Shown here: piece after piece, positions 23,401-33,353 of the stretch
How the letters are laid out: every line of letters starts with the position of its first letter
Position numbering within the stretch: the stretch's first letter is position 1
Origin: an uncultured Gemmatimonadales bacterium
GTDB lineage: Bacteria; Gemmatimonadota; Gemmatimonadetes; Longimicrobiales; RSA9
Assembly (NCBI GenBank): GCA_963741945.1
Contig: CAVUKA010000003.1
Span: forward strand, 256,001-320,000
Reading direction: 5' to 3'
Length of the DNA: 64,000 nt
Notes under the pieces: generated by a model
The model's database searches: none
What the model saw: only the letters and a program-made list of their open reading frames with translations
What the model was told of the DNA's origin: nothing
Translations under genes and position numbers: made by a program

Positions 23401-23845
23401 GCGAGTCCACCATTCCCTGCTCGATGATGGCGTAGGCATTGGCGCCGAGACCCGTATCGCGGCAGACATCGAGGATGTCCTTGAGGCGCGAGCTGCGTCG
23501 GTTCAGCTCGTAGTCGCTCCCACCCTCCCTGTGCACCGTCCGCCGGATCTCCACCTCGTCGTAGGGGAGCGCGAGCCGGTGGTCGGCATTGTCGACGACG
23601 AGCGCCACTTCCGCGCGGCTGACCGCCCGCCGCTCCGAGGTGCCCTGGAAGATGGCCTCGTCCATCCGTGACCCGCGGATCGCCGAAGGCCGCTGCTCTC
23701 CCAGCACCCAGCGGATGGCGTCGCTGATGTTGGACTTGCCGCAGCCGTTCGGCCCCACGATGGCGGTGACGCCCTCGTGGAATTCGATCTCCGTGGCGTC
23801 CGCGAACGACTTGAAGCCGTGCAGCCGGAGCTTTCGAACCCTCAT
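20465..23845 (-). CDS. smc: Chromosome segregation protein SMC
   Basis: GFKSF, GPNGCGKSN, long coiled coils, LSGGE, LDEVDAPLD. Confidence 0.95.
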   Translation of the reverse strand: MRVRKLRLHGFKSFADATEIEFHEGVTAIVGPNGCGKSNISDAIRWVLGEQRPSAIRGSRMDEAIFQGTSERRAVSRAEVALVVDNADHRLALPYDEVEIRRTVHREGGSDYELNRRSSRLKDILDVCRDTGLGANAYAIIEQGMVDSLLSDNADERRQVFEEAAGIGRYKDRRKVALRRLEASESDLSRLEDLISEVEAKVRSLSRQRRRAERFGEMRDRRLALEVTVALLQLQRLQASMSEADQRLQELNRLEPGARAELGTAEAELERRRLESAEVSRQRGTHASALEEVNRAISERERVLAVAEERRAHSQRRLQQITTERSETRSRAAALGEEIVTLGGELEARQRSLEELGGRVTEAQERQRVLRDQLAIAREAEHETRVRQQELADRVAQLRAAAEAGRARAADAGERAERLGFEHEDLVSELARLQEQGDLFATRARELSAAEEQVREELQACRSRLAALRQEELEARRALSEAEDAENLLSARVAALDALERDYHGFGPAVAAALARRDELEGLVGPVAELLSLPDDRAAAVENTVGALLQALVVTDDAAIRRLRAWVDEHGPDSGVLALLREADLDRLRDLVAAFEFAGEPASEPVLLGRRERLAALRTRAEAATRDREARAASRATLARKVEEAEAEARELEENARGLELELRRLDADEAARAGQRARAERSRDELERQRIGLRAAAEQARAESAAAMAEAASVEAEQNRLLQRREMADAELAERQGAWEEVRDDVAELRIAHAREEAAVAELDRRRTSAEGSLEHADARLLALDTEEAEHHAALEELEELHTSGASELESLFARRDEAHERLRGFDERLREAGEAAESLEHRARKLRQVAETSGEERHRLELRLTEAGAAEQRVRDRVEVEWDRPFDQLAEMVEPVEGELELLSAELQQLITDIERLGPINMLAVEEHAEEKQRLDFLSEQRADLVRARDDLQKAIREINRTARQLFKDTFEQIRENFRTTFQTLFEGGQCDLWLEDPDDPLESPLEISASPRGKRTQRIHLLSGGERALTSLALLFAIYLVKPSPFCVLDEVDAPLDEANIGRFLTMLDRFKSETQFIVVTHNPRTMEAADWIYGVTMEEPGVSSIVGVELGKLVTRAAAGAA

Positions 23846-25233
23846 GCGCCCCCCGCCGGCTCGCCCGTCCGCTCCACCAGTCGGGCATCGACGCCGGCAT
23901 TCTCCAGCATCTGCTTCATCACGTCAGCTTCCGCGCGCGTGGTGTAGGCTCCGCCATAGACGCGGTATCGGTCCGGTCCAGGCTCGTAGCGCACGGGCAC
24001 GACGTACACGGGGATCCCGAGGGCACCGAGGGAGTCCACGCGGGCCGCGGCGTCATCCCTGGTGGCGTATTCGCCGACCAGGAAGGCGAGATGCGTGGGC
24101 AGCACCGCCCAGCTGTCCGGCGCTGTCTTGTGTCCGTGGTCCACGAGCCGCTGCATGAGCGCGCGGCCCGCCTCGTCGGTGCCCACCGGCCCGGCGAGCA
24201 GACGGTAGTACAGGTCGCCTCCCACGGCGAGGGGAGCCAGGAGGAAGGTCACCCCCGGCTCCGCGCGCTCGAGCTGCGTCACACGCTCCTGCGCCGTGGC
24301 CAGGTCCTGATGGGCTTCCACGGCCACAGAAACCGGGAGTGGCGTTTCCACCGGCTCCGGCCGCGACCGCGACACCGGTTGAACCGGCTGCTGCGAGACC
24401 GGCGGCTCGGATTCCGGCGACGGGGCCGGCTCGGCCACATACTCGCGGTAGAGAAACCAGCCGGCGAGCGCCACGATGATGAGCAGCAAAACCACCAGGA
24501 ACGGCGAGACCCTGCGCCTTCGCTCTTCTTCGACCTGCAGCAGCGGTGGCTCGGACAGCTCCCGCTCCGCTGTCGCGGCCGCCGCGTCCGCGGGCGCATC
24601 CCCGGCCACCGCGGCCGGGATGGCATTCCCATCGAAGTCCTCCCGGCGTTCCGGCTCGACAATTCCCACGATCCGGCACGCAGGGTCGAGGCGGCCGATG
24701 ACGCGCTCGGCGACCCGGGCGTCCCCCACAACCAGCGCGCGCCCGATGCGCCGGGAGAGGGGCGGCAGGCCCGGCGTGCCTACGGGAACGTACAGCAACA
24801 GGGTGGCATGCTCGTGCCGGAGCTCTCCGGCGATGCCGTCCCAGCGCTCGCTGGCCAGCACCGCGGCCGGATCGGGGACGAACGCGCCCGTCGGCACGAA
24901 ATCGAAGTGGTACGTGTCCGGCCGGACGCGCACGTGGCCGAGCGAGGCACCGAAGAGGAAGACGTCCGCGAGGCCCTCCAGGTTCCCGGTTCCGAGGGTC
25001 TCGTGCAGCCCCGGATCCGCGACGCCGCCGTCGGCGAGGATGGTGACCGCACCGGCGCGTGCCCGCGCCTCCGCCAGGCCGATGCCAATGCGGGCGTAGA
25101 GGTCGCCCGTGTTCGGGACCACGATGAGCAGGATCTGCGTTTCGGGATCGATCAGCCCAGGCCCCAGTGTCGGCGGGATCGCAACCGATCCGGGGTCGAA
25201 TGGGACGGCCTCGGGTCTGGCTTCGGGGCTCAT
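23842..25233 (-). CDS. SPOR-domain membrane protein
   Basis: Central TM helix, Pro-rich linker, two SPOR-like repeats (YYRLLAGP; YRVYGGAY). Confidence 0.7.
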   Translation of the reverse strand: MSPEARPEAVPFDPGSVAIPPTLGPGLIDPETQILLIVVPNTGDLYARIGIGLAEARARAGAVTILADGGVADPGLHETLGTGNLEGLADVFLFGASLGHVRVRPDTYHFDFVPTGAFVPDPAAVLASERWDGIAGELRHEHATLLLYVPVGTPGLPPLSRRIGRALVVGDARVAERVIGRLDPACRIVGIVEPERREDFDGNAIPAAVAGDAPADAAAATAERELSEPPLLQVEEERRRRVSPFLVVLLLIIVALAGWFLYREYVAEPAPSPESEPPVSQQPVQPVSRSRPEPVETPLPVSVAVEAHQDLATAQERVTQLERAEPGVTFLLAPLAVGGDLYYRLLAGPVGTDEAGRALMQRLVDHGHKTAPDSWAVLPTHLAFLVGEYATRDDAAARVDSLGALGIPVYVVPVRYEPGPDRYRVYGGAYTTRAEADVMKQMLENAGVDARLVERTGEPAGGA

Positions 25234-25416
25234 TCGGACAACGGGTTGAGAGTCCTCTGCTCTGGCCGTGTTCCCCCTCCTTCAGGGCCGGGTGCCGGTC
25301 AGGTCGAAAAGTCGCCTAATGATAATCCGAGCGCCGTCGCGGCAAAAGGCGCGCGCCAGGCTGCAGGACGAGGCTCCGGCACGCGCCCGCTGCCAGGCGC
25401 ATCCGGGACTCCGGCG

Positions 25417-25818
25417 TCAGGAGTCCACGGTGAGAAGCGGAGCATCTCCCCAGAGACGCTCGAGCTGGTAGAAATCCCGCGCGGCCGGGTGGAAGACGTG
25501 CACCACGAAATCGATGTAGTCGACGAGGACCCAGCGACCGCCGCGCAGCCCCTCCACGTGATCGGGACGCACACCCTCCTTCTTGAGCTCCTCGATGATG
25601 TGCTCGGCGATGCCCCGAACGTGGATGTCCGATGTGCCCGTGGCAATGACGAAGAAGTCGGTGGCGCCGCTGATGCCCCGCAGATCGAGGACGGACAGAT
25701 TACGGGCCTTGCGATCCCGCGCCAGGTCCACCACACGCGACAACTCGTGCGTGAGATCCGACTGCGCCAGGGTCCGCTGCGGTTCGGCCGTGGTGTCGTG
25801 CCTACGTTCGGTCGCCAT
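25417..25818 (-). CDS. rsfS: Ribosome silencing factor
   Basis: DFFVIATG, WVLVDY, VHVF, FYQLERLWGDA. Confidence 0.93.
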   Translation of the reverse strand: MATERRHDTTAEPQRTLAQSDLTHELSRVVDLARDRKARNLSVLDLRGISGATDFFVIATGTSDIHVRGIAEHIIEELKKEGVRPDHVEGLRGGRWVLVDYIDFVVHVFHPAARDFYQLERLWGDAPLLTVDS

Positions 25819-25937
25819 TCAAATCACAGGATAACAAGACGACGCGAGGGATGGCACGTCCGCCTCCCTCGCGCCCGATCGTACGTCCGCCCCGCGCCAG
25901 GCACGGGATCGGGCGCCCCTGCCCCGGCGGGCCAGGG

Positions 25938-26399
25938 CTACTCCTCCTTGATGACCCAGACCTTCACCTCGGGCCGTACGTCCGCGTGCAGGCGAACCGG
26001 GACGTTGTGGACCCCGAGCGACTTGAGCGGCTCGTCCAGGTCCACATCCCGCTTGTCCACCTCGAAGTCCAGGCCCTGCTCGTTCAGGCGATCGGCGATA
26101 TCCGCGCTGGTGATGGAGCCGAACAGCTTCGACTCCTCGCCGGCCCGGGCATGGAACGTGAGCTGCACCTCCTCCAGCTGCGACGCCCGCCGACGCGCCT
26201 CCAGGTACGCCCGCCTCGCCTGCTGCTCCGCCCGCCCGCGCTCCTGCTCCAGTTGACGGATGCTGGCGTCCGTCGCTTCGTACGCCAGATCCTGCGGCAA
26301 CAGGTAGTTGCGAGCGTATCCGGGCTTCACCGTCACGATCTCGCCCGCTTCGCCGAGCTTCTCGACGTCCTCTCTCAGAATCACCTTCACGGTCTTCAT
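25938..26399 (-). CDS. rplI: 50S ribosomal protein L9
   Basis: VKPGYARNYLLP, KLFGSIT. Confidence 0.95.
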   Translation of the reverse strand: MKTVKVILREDVEKLGEAGEIVTVKPGYARNYLLPQDLAYEATDASIRQLEQERGRAEQQARRAYLEARRRASQLEEVQLTFHARAGEESKLFGSITSADIADRLNEQGLDFEVDKRDVDLDEPLKSLGVHNVPVRLHADVRPEVKVWVIKEE

Positions 26400-26410
26400 C
26401 TTCGGCTCCT

Positions 26411-27328
26411 TCAACTTTCGTCGTTCAGCGCCCGCCGCCCGGACCGGAGGTCGAGCCACGTGTCGGTCACTCCCAGAAGCAGCGTGCCAGCTACCACGAT
26501 GGGGTACAGCACCACTCCGACGACCCCGAGTACGACGAGCACCGGCACCTGCGGGCCCACCAGCGCCAGGATCACCGCCACCAGCACGGCCAGACCACGG
26601 AGCGCGTAGAGCGCACCCATGAAGAACACCAGGTTCGAACCCAGGCGGGGGGCCCAGCCGGCCGCGCCCGCCATGGGCAGCACCAGGAGCCCCAGCCCCG
26701 CGATCAGGACCCAGACCAGCGCGTCGGGGAACCTGAACTCGGCGAGCCGGCCGAGCGGCTCACCCTGCCGGGCCATGGCCCGATACACGGTCCAGGACAC
26801 GCCCAGCGCCGCCACGGAGGCCACGCCCAGAAGCGCGGGGAAGAGCCGCGCTGGCAGCTCGGCCGCCTGCCGCACAACCGCATCGGACTCGGCCAGCGCC
26901 GGCCATGCCTGGCGCATCGCTTCGGCGACTTCGCGGTAGTGCAATGCAATCGTCCAGTCCAGCTCCGACCACCCGCCCAGCACGGCCACGATCACCGCCG
27001 CCGATCCAGCGGCCGCCGCCGTGGCCGCCAGCGCCCGGAGCGTGAATCCGCTGCCGGGTAACAGCACGATGGCAAGAATGAACCAGCCCCCCAGGAGCAG
27101 CGACCATCCCCGTCCCGCGTACCAGAGCGCGTCCTGTCCCGCTCCCAGGAACACGAGCGCGGCGAGCACTGCGGCCACTGCGATCATGGCCGGTCGCCGC
27201 GGCGGCAGCCCCAGCAGCAGCATGGCGATCGGCACCATGATCAACTGGATCGGGTGCACCACCGAGAAGGTCAGCACCACGATCGTCAACAGGAGAGCCG
27301 TCGTCCAGCGCGGCCTCCTTGCCGTCAC
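26411..27328 (-). CDS. DUF2232/YybS-family membrane protein
   Basis: Polytopic; EFRFP..LVW, GVTDTWLDLR; between rpsR and rplI. Confidence 0.8.
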   Translation of the reverse strand: MTARRPRWTTALLLTIVVLTFSVVHPIQLIMVPIAMLLLGLPPRRPAMIAVAAVLAALVFLGAGQDALWYAGRGWSLLLGGWFILAIVLLPGSGFTLRALAATAAAAGSAAVIVAVLGGWSELDWTIALHYREVAEAMRQAWPALAESDAVVRQAAELPARLFPALLGVASVAALGVSWTVYRAMARQGEPLGRLAEFRFPDALVWVLIAGLGLLVLPMAGAAGWAPRLGSNLVFFMGALYALRGLAVLVAVILALVGPQVPVLVVLGVVGVVLYPIVVAGTLLLGVTDTWLDLRSGRRALNDES

Positions 27329-27329
27329 T

Positions 27330-27554
27330 TCAGCTCTCGTAGACGTGCGTGTACGGGACGAGCGCGAGATACCGCGCGCGCTTGATCGCCGTCCCGACCT
27401 GCCGCTGATGCCGAGCGCACATCCCGGTCATCCGCCGGGGCATGATCTTGCCCGCGTCCGTCATCAAGCGGGTAAGGGAGTGCTCGTCCTTGTAATTGAT
27501 CTGACGCACGCCCGCCTCACAGAGGGGGCAGGGCTTGTTTCGGCCGCCCGCCAT
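27330..27554 (-). CDS. rpsR: 30S ribosomal protein S18 (Zn-binding form)
   Basis: CPLC...INYKD...GKIMPRRMTGMCARHQR...AIKRAR. Confidence 0.95.
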   Translation of the reverse strand: MAGGRNKPCPLCEAGVRQINYKDEHSLTRLMTDAGKIMPRRMTGMCARHQRQVGTAIKRARYLALVPYTHVYES

Positions 27555-27920
27555 TTAATCCTCCTCGTCTTCGTCTTCGTCATCGTCGTCGTCACGCGGC
27601 GAGCGCGTGGCGATGCTCATGGGCGCCGTGGGCTCCCCTTCGCTCAGGACGATGAGATAGCGCACAAGCTCTTCATCGAGCTTGAGTGTTCGCTCGAGCT
27701 CCGGCAGCGCCTCGGGGTCGGCCGTGAACTGCACCACCACGTAGTTGCCGGAGGTCTTCTTCTGGATGGGATAGGCGAACTGCCGCTTGCCCCAGTGGTC
27801 CACCGCCGTGATCTCGCCACCGCCATCCGTGATCCGGGCGTGGAATTTGTCCAGCTTTTCGCTGACCTGGTCCTCGGTCAGGACCGAGTCGAGGATGTAG
27901 ACGATCTCGTATTCGCGCAC
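27555..27920 (-). CDS. rpsF: 30S ribosomal protein S6
   Basis: REYEIVYIL, WGKRQFAYPI, acidic tail. Confidence 0.95.
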   Translation of the reverse strand: MREYEIVYILDSVLTEDQVSEKLDKFHARITDGGGEITAVDHWGKRQFAYPIQKKTSGNYVVVQFTADPEALPELERTLKLDEELVRYLIVLSEGEPTAPMSIATRSPRDDDDDEDEDEED

Positions 27921-27972
27921 GTCTCTCTCCCGTGGTCGTTCGGCCTCGCCTCTCTGCGGGCGAAGCGGGATC
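27921..27972 (-). promoter_or_regulatory. S6:S18-type ribosomal protein leader
   Basis: UCCC anti-SD, stem GCUUCGCC/GGCGAGGC followed by CG...ACCA, then GGGAG; same layout as known rpsF leaders. Confidence 0.6.
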
Positions 27973-27984
27973 AAAGAGCCGTAT

Positions 27985-27990
27985 ATTATA
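27985..27990 (-). promoter_or_regulatory. -10 box (TATAAT) of the rpsF operon
   Basis: Perfect TATAAT in GC-rich DNA just upstream of the leader. Confidence 0.65.
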
Positions 27991-28041
27991 GGCCTTTCTC
28001 GTCCGTCCGTCCACCCCCCACGGCTATGGCGCCCGGGCAGT

Positions 28042-29154
28042 CTAGACGTTGAATCGGAAAAGCAGGACGTCGCCATCGGCCACGGTGTAATCCCGGCCTT
28101 CGCTGCGCATCAGCCCCTGCTCCCTCGCTGCCTTCTCCGAGCCCACCTCGACGAAATCGCTCCAACCGATGGTCTCCGCCCGGATGAAGCCGCGCTCGAA
28201 GTCGCTGTGAATCTCGCCCGCCGCCCCCGCGGCCCGCGTCCCTTCCCGGATCGTCCACGCCCGCACCTCCTTCGGTCCGGCCGTGAAGAAGCTGATCAGG
28301 CCCAGGAGCCGGTACCCCGCCCGGATCAGGCGATAGAGGCCCGGCTCGACCAGGCCGTGGGCGTCGAGGTACTCGTCGCGATCGGCGGGGTCGAGGGCGA
28401 GGACCTCGGCCTCCAGGGATGCGGCGAGGACGACCACCTCTCCCGGCTCGTGGTCGCGGGCGACGGCAGCCCGGAGCGAGCGCACGTAGGCGTTCTCCTC
28501 ACCGGCCGCCAGGTCGTGCTCGGTGACGTTCGCCACGTACAGCTCCGGCTTGGCGGTGAGGAGCTGAAGCGTGCGCAGGAGGCGCGCCTCCACGGGATCC
28601 TCCACCTGCACCAGGCGGGCGGGCTTCCCCTCCGACAGAAGTCCCTGCAGGCGACGAAGGAGGAGCTCCTCCTTCTTCGCGTGACGATCCCCGCTCCTGG
28701 CCACCTTCTCCACGCGCTCGAGCCTCCGCTCGACCGCCTGCAGGTCGGCGAGGGCCAGCTCAGTGTTGATGATCTCCCGGTCACGCACGGGATCGACGTC
28801 GCCCAGGACGTGGGTGACATCGGGGTGATCGAAGCAGCGGACCACATGGACGACGGCGTCCACTTCGCGGATGTTCGCCAGGAACTTGTTTCCCAGACCC
28901 TCGCCCTCCGAAGCGCCTTCCACGAGCCCGGCGATGTCCACGAACGTCACGGTGGCGGGCACGCGCGACTTCGGCTGGACCTTCTCCTCGAGCAGGTCGA
29001 GCCTCGGGTCCGGAACTTCGACCACGCCGACGTTCGGGTCGACAGTGCAGAACGGGTAGTTGGCCGCGTCGGCCCCCGCTTCCGTGAGCGCGTTGAACAG
29101 CGTGGACTTGCCCACGTTCGGCAGGCCCACGATTCCCAGTTTCAGATTCGGCAT
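28042..29154 (-). CDS. ychF: Redox-regulated ATPase YchF
   Basis: [37 protein letters not shown]. Confidence 0.95.
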   Translation of the reverse strand: MPNLKLGIVGLPNVGKSTLFNALTEAGADAANYPFCTVDPNVGVVEVPDPRLDLLEEKVQPKSRVPATVTFVDIAGLVEGASEGEGLGNKFLANIREVDAVVHVVRCFDHPDVTHVLGDVDPVRDREIINTELALADLQAVERRLERVEKVARSGDRHAKKEELLLRRLQGLLSEGKPARLVQVEDPVEARLLRTLQLLTAKPELYVANVTEHDLAAGEENAYVRSLRAAVARDHEPGEVVVLAASLEAEVLALDPADRDEYLDAHGLVEPGLYRLIRAGYRLLGLISFFTAGPKEVRAWTIREGTRAAGAAGEIHSDFERGFIRAETIGWSDFVEVGSEKAAREQGLMRSEGRDYTVADGDVLLFRFNV

Positions 29155-29322
29155 TCCATTCCCGTTCGGGTCCTGCGACCGCGCGTGGCGCGGAGCTTCT
29201 CCTGTCGGCCGCCGGGGGGGCGGCGCGACCAGGCCGCGCACGGGCGGAGCCATTGCCCGCCCTGCGCGGCCGCCGATAATCTACCCGGAACGTTCACCAT
29301 TGTGCGCCGGAGCCCACCGCCC

Positions 29323-29841
29323 ATGTCCGCACCCGAGTTCCCGACCCTGCTGGAAGAAGCTCTCGAAGCCTGGGAGTATACCCGCGCCGGCGTGACCGCC
29401 GAAGCGGAAGCGATCCCCGCCGAGCAGTTCGGCTACCGACCCACCGAAGAGAGCCGGACGGTGGCGGAGATCGTCGTCCACATCATCGGCTCGGGCGAGA
29501 TGATGTCCGGCGAGCTGAGTGACCCGGAGGGTGACTTCACGCGCCGGTCCTACCCCGAGCACATCCGGGAGCACGCCGGCGAGCTTTCGCCCGACCAGTC
29601 CAAGGACGCGCTGGTCGCGCTGCTCCGCGACAGGGGCGAAGCGGGACGGGAGCGGCTCCGGGGCGTCGGCGAGCTGGCCATGCTCCAGGGGATCCGTCGC
29701 TTCGACGGCACCGTGGGCACGCGGCTGGCCTGGATGAACCACGGGATCGACCACGAGAGCTACCACCGCGGCCAGCTGGCGCTGTACGCCCGCATGATGG
29801 GGATCGTGCCCGCACTGACGCGGCGGATCCGGGGCGAGTAG
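29323..29841 (+). CDS. DinB-family protein
   Basis: YRPT...VVHI...HESYHRGQL..YAR..GIVP. Confidence 0.85.
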   Translation: MSAPEFPTLLEEALEAWEYTRAGVTAEAEAIPAEQFGYRPTEESRTVAEIVVHIIGSGEMMSGELSDPEGDFTRRSYPEHIREHAGELSPDQSKDALVALLRDRGEAGRERLRGVGELAMLQGIRRFDGTVGTRLAWMNHGIDHESYHRGQLALYARMMGIVPALTRRIRGE

Positions 29842-29866
29842 GGCGGGGCCCGCCACAGCATGGAAG

Positions 29867-29901
29867 CGAAGACGGCCCCGCACCGTGCGGGGCCGTCTTC
29901 G
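29867..29901. terminator. Hairpin between convergent DinB-family gene and hppA
   Basis: CGAAGACGGCCCCGCAC-C-GTGCGGGGCCGTCTTCG near-perfect inverted repeat. Confidence 0.75.
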
Positions 29902-29921
29902 TGCGTCCGTGAACCGTCGGC

Positions 29922-32057
29922 TCAGCCGAAGATGCCGACGAGCAGGTGACGGGTGCTGTCCAGGAAGGACGTGACCGTCTCAGCCGGGACCAGGCCGTGG
30001 ACACGGGCGAACCACGGCGCGAGCACCAGGGATACCACGCTCATGAGCTTGATCAGGATGTTGAGCGAGGGGCCGGACGTGTCCTTGAACGGGTCGCCGA
30101 CGGTGTCACCGACCACGGCTGCCTTGTGCGGATCGGAACCCTTGCCGCCCAGCGCGCCCTTCTCGATGTACTTCTTGGCGTTGTCCCACGCCCCGCCGGC
30201 ATTGGCCATGAAGAGGGCCATGAGCACGCCCGTCACCGTGGCGCCAGCGAGCATGCCACCGAGGGCGAGCACGCTGAAGAAGCCGACCACCACCGGAGCG
30301 ATGACGGCCACGAGGCCCGGCAGGATCATCTCGCGCAGCGCGGCGCGCGTGGAGATGTCCACGCAGCGGGCGCTGTCGGGTTCCTGTGTGCCGTCCATGA
30401 TGCCCGGCATCTCGCGGAACTGTCGTCGCACCTCTTCCACCATGCCGCCCGCCGCGCGGCCCACGGCCGTCATGGTGAGAGCGCTGATGAAGAAGGGCAG
30501 CGTGCCGCCGATGAGCAGGCCGATGGTGACCTGCGGATCCAGGATATTGAGGCCGGTCCCGGCGCGCAGCCCGACGGCAGTGGTGTAGGCGCTGAAGAGT
30601 GCCAGCGCGGTCAGGGCCGCCGAACCTATGGCGAAGCCCTTGCCCATGGCCGCCGTGGTGTTGCCAATGGAGTCGAGACCATCGGTGATGGCCCGGACCT
30701 CGGGTCCGAGCCCGCTCATCTCGGAAATCCCACCGGCGTTGTCCGCGATGGGGCCGTACGCGTCCACCGACATCGTGACGCCCGTGGTGGCGAGCATGCC
30801 GACCGCGGAAATGCCGATGCCATAGAGGCCGGCGAAGTAGTAGGCCACGCCGATGGCCAGGGCGATCAGCAGCACGGGAACGACCGTGGACTCCATGCCG
30901 ACGGCCAGCCCGTTGATGATGTTCGTGGCCGCGCCCGTCTTGCTCGCCTCGGCGATGCGGCGGACCGGCCCTGCGGCGGTGTAGTACTCGGTGACGAGCC
31001 CGATCGCCACGCCCACCACGGTGCCCGCGACGATGGCCCAGAAGGGACCGGTGGCCGGGTACGCCTTGGCGGTGACCGGATCGAACACTTCGAAACCGAG
31101 CGCCTGCACGACGAAGTACATGCTGACCAGGAAGAGCGCCGCCGCCACCAGCATCACGTTGCGCAGGGCCGCGGCCGGATTCACGCGCTCGAATGCCTTG
31201 AGCATTGCGATGCCGATCAGCGATGCGACGAGGCCGATCATGACCGTGAGCAGCGGCAGCGCCACCGCTTCGGCCCGGTTGGCCGCGTAGAGCACGCTGG
31301 ACGCGCCGATCGCCATGGTGGCAATGATGCTGCCGACGTAGCTCTCGAAAATGTCGGCGCCCATGCCCGCCACGTCACCGACGTTGTCGCCCACGTTGTC
31401 GGCGATGGTGGCCGGATTGCGGGGATCGTCCTCGGGAATGCCCGCCTCCAGCTTTCCGACCAGGTCCGCACCGACGTCCGCGGCCTTGGTGTAGATGCCG
31501 CCGCCGACACGGGCGAAGAGTGCGATGGAGCTGGCGCCCATGGCGTAGCCGCTGATGATCTCCGCGAACGCGCGGAAATCGAAGTCGGTGATGGCGCCGG
31601 ACGCCTTCCACCAGTACCAGATTCCGATGCCAACCAGCCCGAGCGCGGCCACCGAAAGGCCCATGACCGAGCCACCGAAGAACGCGATCCTGAGCGCCTT
31701 CCCCTGACCCGACTCCTTCGCCGCCGCGGACGTGCGCACGTTGGCGCGCGTCGCCGCGTTCATGCCGAAGAAGCCGGCGAGCACCGAGCTCAGCGCGCCG
31801 GTCACGTACGCGCCGGCGGTGTACGCGCCAATGGCCCACCAGAGCAGCACTGCGACCACAATCACGAAAACCGCCAGAACCGTATACTCGCGGCGAAGGA
31901 ACGCCATCGCTCCTTCATGGATCCGCTCGCTCAGCGCCTGCATGAGCTCGGTTCCTGCCGATTGACTCTTGACGTAATAGAAAAGCCCGAGCGCCACTAA
32001 CAGGCCCACGAGTCCAAGGAGCGGCGCCCACTGGGTCCATGTCACCAGTTCCGTCAC
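29922..32057 (-). CDS. hppA: Membrane-bound pyrophosphatase (K+-dependent, probably Na+-translocating)
   Basis: [33 protein letters not shown] (Ala indicates K+-dependent type), [10 protein letters not shown]. Confidence 0.93.
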   Translation of the reverse strand: MTELVTWTQWAPLLGLVGLLVALGLFYYVKSQSAGTELMQALSERIHEGAMAFLRREYTVLAVFVIVVAVLLWWAIGAYTAGAYVTGALSSVLAGFFGMNAATRANVRTSAAAKESGQGKALRIAFFGGSVMGLSVAALGLVGIGIWYWWKASGAITDFDFRAFAEIISGYAMGASSIALFARVGGGIYTKAADVGADLVGKLEAGIPEDDPRNPATIADNVGDNVGDVAGMGADIFESYVGSIIATMAIGASSVLYAANRAEAVALPLLTVMIGLVASLIGIAMLKAFERVNPAAALRNVMLVAAALFLVSMYFVVQALGFEVFDPVTAKAYPATGPFWAIVAGTVVGVAIGLVTEYYTAAGPVRRIAEASKTGAATNIINGLAVGMESTVVPVLLIALAIGVAYYFAGLYGIGISAVGMLATTGVTMSVDAYGPIADNAGGISEMSGLGPEVRAITDGLDSIGNTTAAMGKGFAIGSAALTALALFSAYTTAVGLRAGTGLNILDPQVTIGLLIGGTLPFFISALTMTAVGRAAGGMVEEVRRQFREMPGIMDGTQEPDSARCVDISTRAALREMILPGLVAVIAPVVVGFFSVLALGGMLAGATVTGVLMALFMANAGGAWDNAKKYIEKGALGGKGSDPHKAAVVGDTVGDPFKDTSGPSLNILIKLMSVVSLVLAPWFARVHGLVPAETVTSFLDSTRHLLVGIFG

Positions 32058-32073
32058 CTGCGCCTCCGTTCTC

Positions 32074-32637
32074 TTATCGGTTGCAGCGGCTCATCGCCGC
32101 TTCGATTTCCCCGCCCACCCACAGCCCCACCGCCGTCACCAGCTCGGGCATGAGAGCCAGCACCGCGTCCTCATCGGGCGGATCGAACGCTGAGAGAACC
32201 CAATCTGCCAGGTCCGCTCCCGGTGGGGGCGACCCCACACCGACCCGCAGCCGCGCGTACTCCTGCGTCCCGAGCGCGGCTTGCACCGATTTCAGGCCGT
32301 TATGCCCGCCCGTGCTGCCCGCCGGCCGCAGGCGTAGACGCCCGACCTCGAGCGCCACGTCGTCCACGACCACCAACAGGTCCTCGGCAATGTCGAATTC
32401 CGGATCGGACCGGAGCGGCGCCAGGGCGGCGCCACTCCGATTCATGAACGTGAGCGGCTTTACCAGCAGTACACTCCGGCCGTCCATCTGCCCGCCGGCC
32501 AGGAGCGCGGGCCCGCTCCGCTCGAACGGACCGAGCCCGTAGTGCTGGCTCAGCCGATCGACAACCCACCACCCCACGTTATGCCGGGTGGCTTCGTATT
32601 CCGGGCCCGGGTTGCCGAGCCCGCAGATCACTTTCAT
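32074..32637 (-). CDS. pth: Peptidyl-tRNA hydrolase
   Basis: [27 protein letters not shown]. Confidence 0.95.
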   Translation of the reverse strand: MKVICGLGNPGPEYEATRHNVGWWVVDRLSQHYGLGPFERSGPALLAGGQMDGRSVLLVKPLTFMNRSGAALAPLRSDPEFDIAEDLLVVVDDVALEVGRLRLRPAGSTGGHNGLKSVQAALGTQEYARLRVGVGSPPPGADLADWVLSAFDPPDEDAVLALMPELVTAVGLWVGGEIEAAMSRCNR

Positions 32638-32658
32638 GCCAGGGCTCCGACGGAGCCC

Positions 32659-33339
32659 CTATTCCTCGGATTCGGCCCGGGATTCCTCTTCCTCGCCCTC
32701 GGCCTCTTCCTCGCCCACGAGCTCCGGCGCGCCGGCGACGGCCTCCTCCTCCGCTTCCTCGGCCACTTCCAGGACGGTCGGCGCGGCCACGGTGCAGACC
32801 GTGCGGTCCAGATCGATCAGGAGATCGACGCCCTCGGGCAGGTTGAGCTCCCCGACATGGATCGAGTCGCCGACCTGGAGGGTGGACACGTCGGCCTCGA
32901 GCGCATCCGGAATGTTCTCTACGGCGCACTCGAGCTCCACCTCGTGGAGTACGTGCTGCAGCACGCCCCCGGCGCGGACGCCAGCGGCGGTGCCGACGAG
33001 CCGGATGGGGACCTCCACCGTGACACGCTCACCCGCGTGGATCTGCTGGAAGTCGACGTGCAGGACTTCCGGCTTGTAGGGATGCGACTGGACTTCGCTC
33101 ACCAGCGCGCGGATCTTGCCCTCCCTCTTCCCCTCGATCGTGAGATCGATCAGGGTGGTGTCCAGCGCATGCTGCTTGAGGAGCATCTCGAACTCGTGGG
33201 CGTCGAGTGAGAGCGCGTGCGTCTCCTCGCCCCGCCCGTAAACCACCGCGGGGATCCGGCCTTCACGGCGCATGCGACGGGCCGCGCTCTTTCCGGTCTC
33301 CGTCCGAAGCGTCGCCTTCAGTGTTGCGTTCTCCGACAT
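32659..33339 (-). CDS. rplY: 50S ribosomal protein L25/Ctc
   Basis: RREGRIPAVVYG, HVDF, long Ctc-type C-terminus. Confidence 0.93.
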   Translation of the reverse strand: MSENATLKATLRTETGKSAARRMRREGRIPAVVYGRGEETHALSLDAHEFEMLLKQHALDTTLIDLTIEGKREGKIRALVSEVQSHPYKPEVLHVDFQQIHAGERVTVEVPIRLVGTAAGVRAGGVLQHVLHEVELECAVENIPDALEADVSTLQVGDSIHVGELNLPEGVDLLIDLDRTVCTVAAPTVLEVAEEAEEEAVAGAPELVGEEEAEGEEEESRAESEE

Positions 33340-33353
33340 GCTTTCCTTCTCTC

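Noticed and set aside
21056..23671. 871-aa ORF antisense to smc
   Set aside because: Shadow ORF caused by codon bias
29946..32000. 684-aa ORF antisense to hppA
   Set aside because: Shadow ORF; the minus strand carries all the pyrophosphatase motifs
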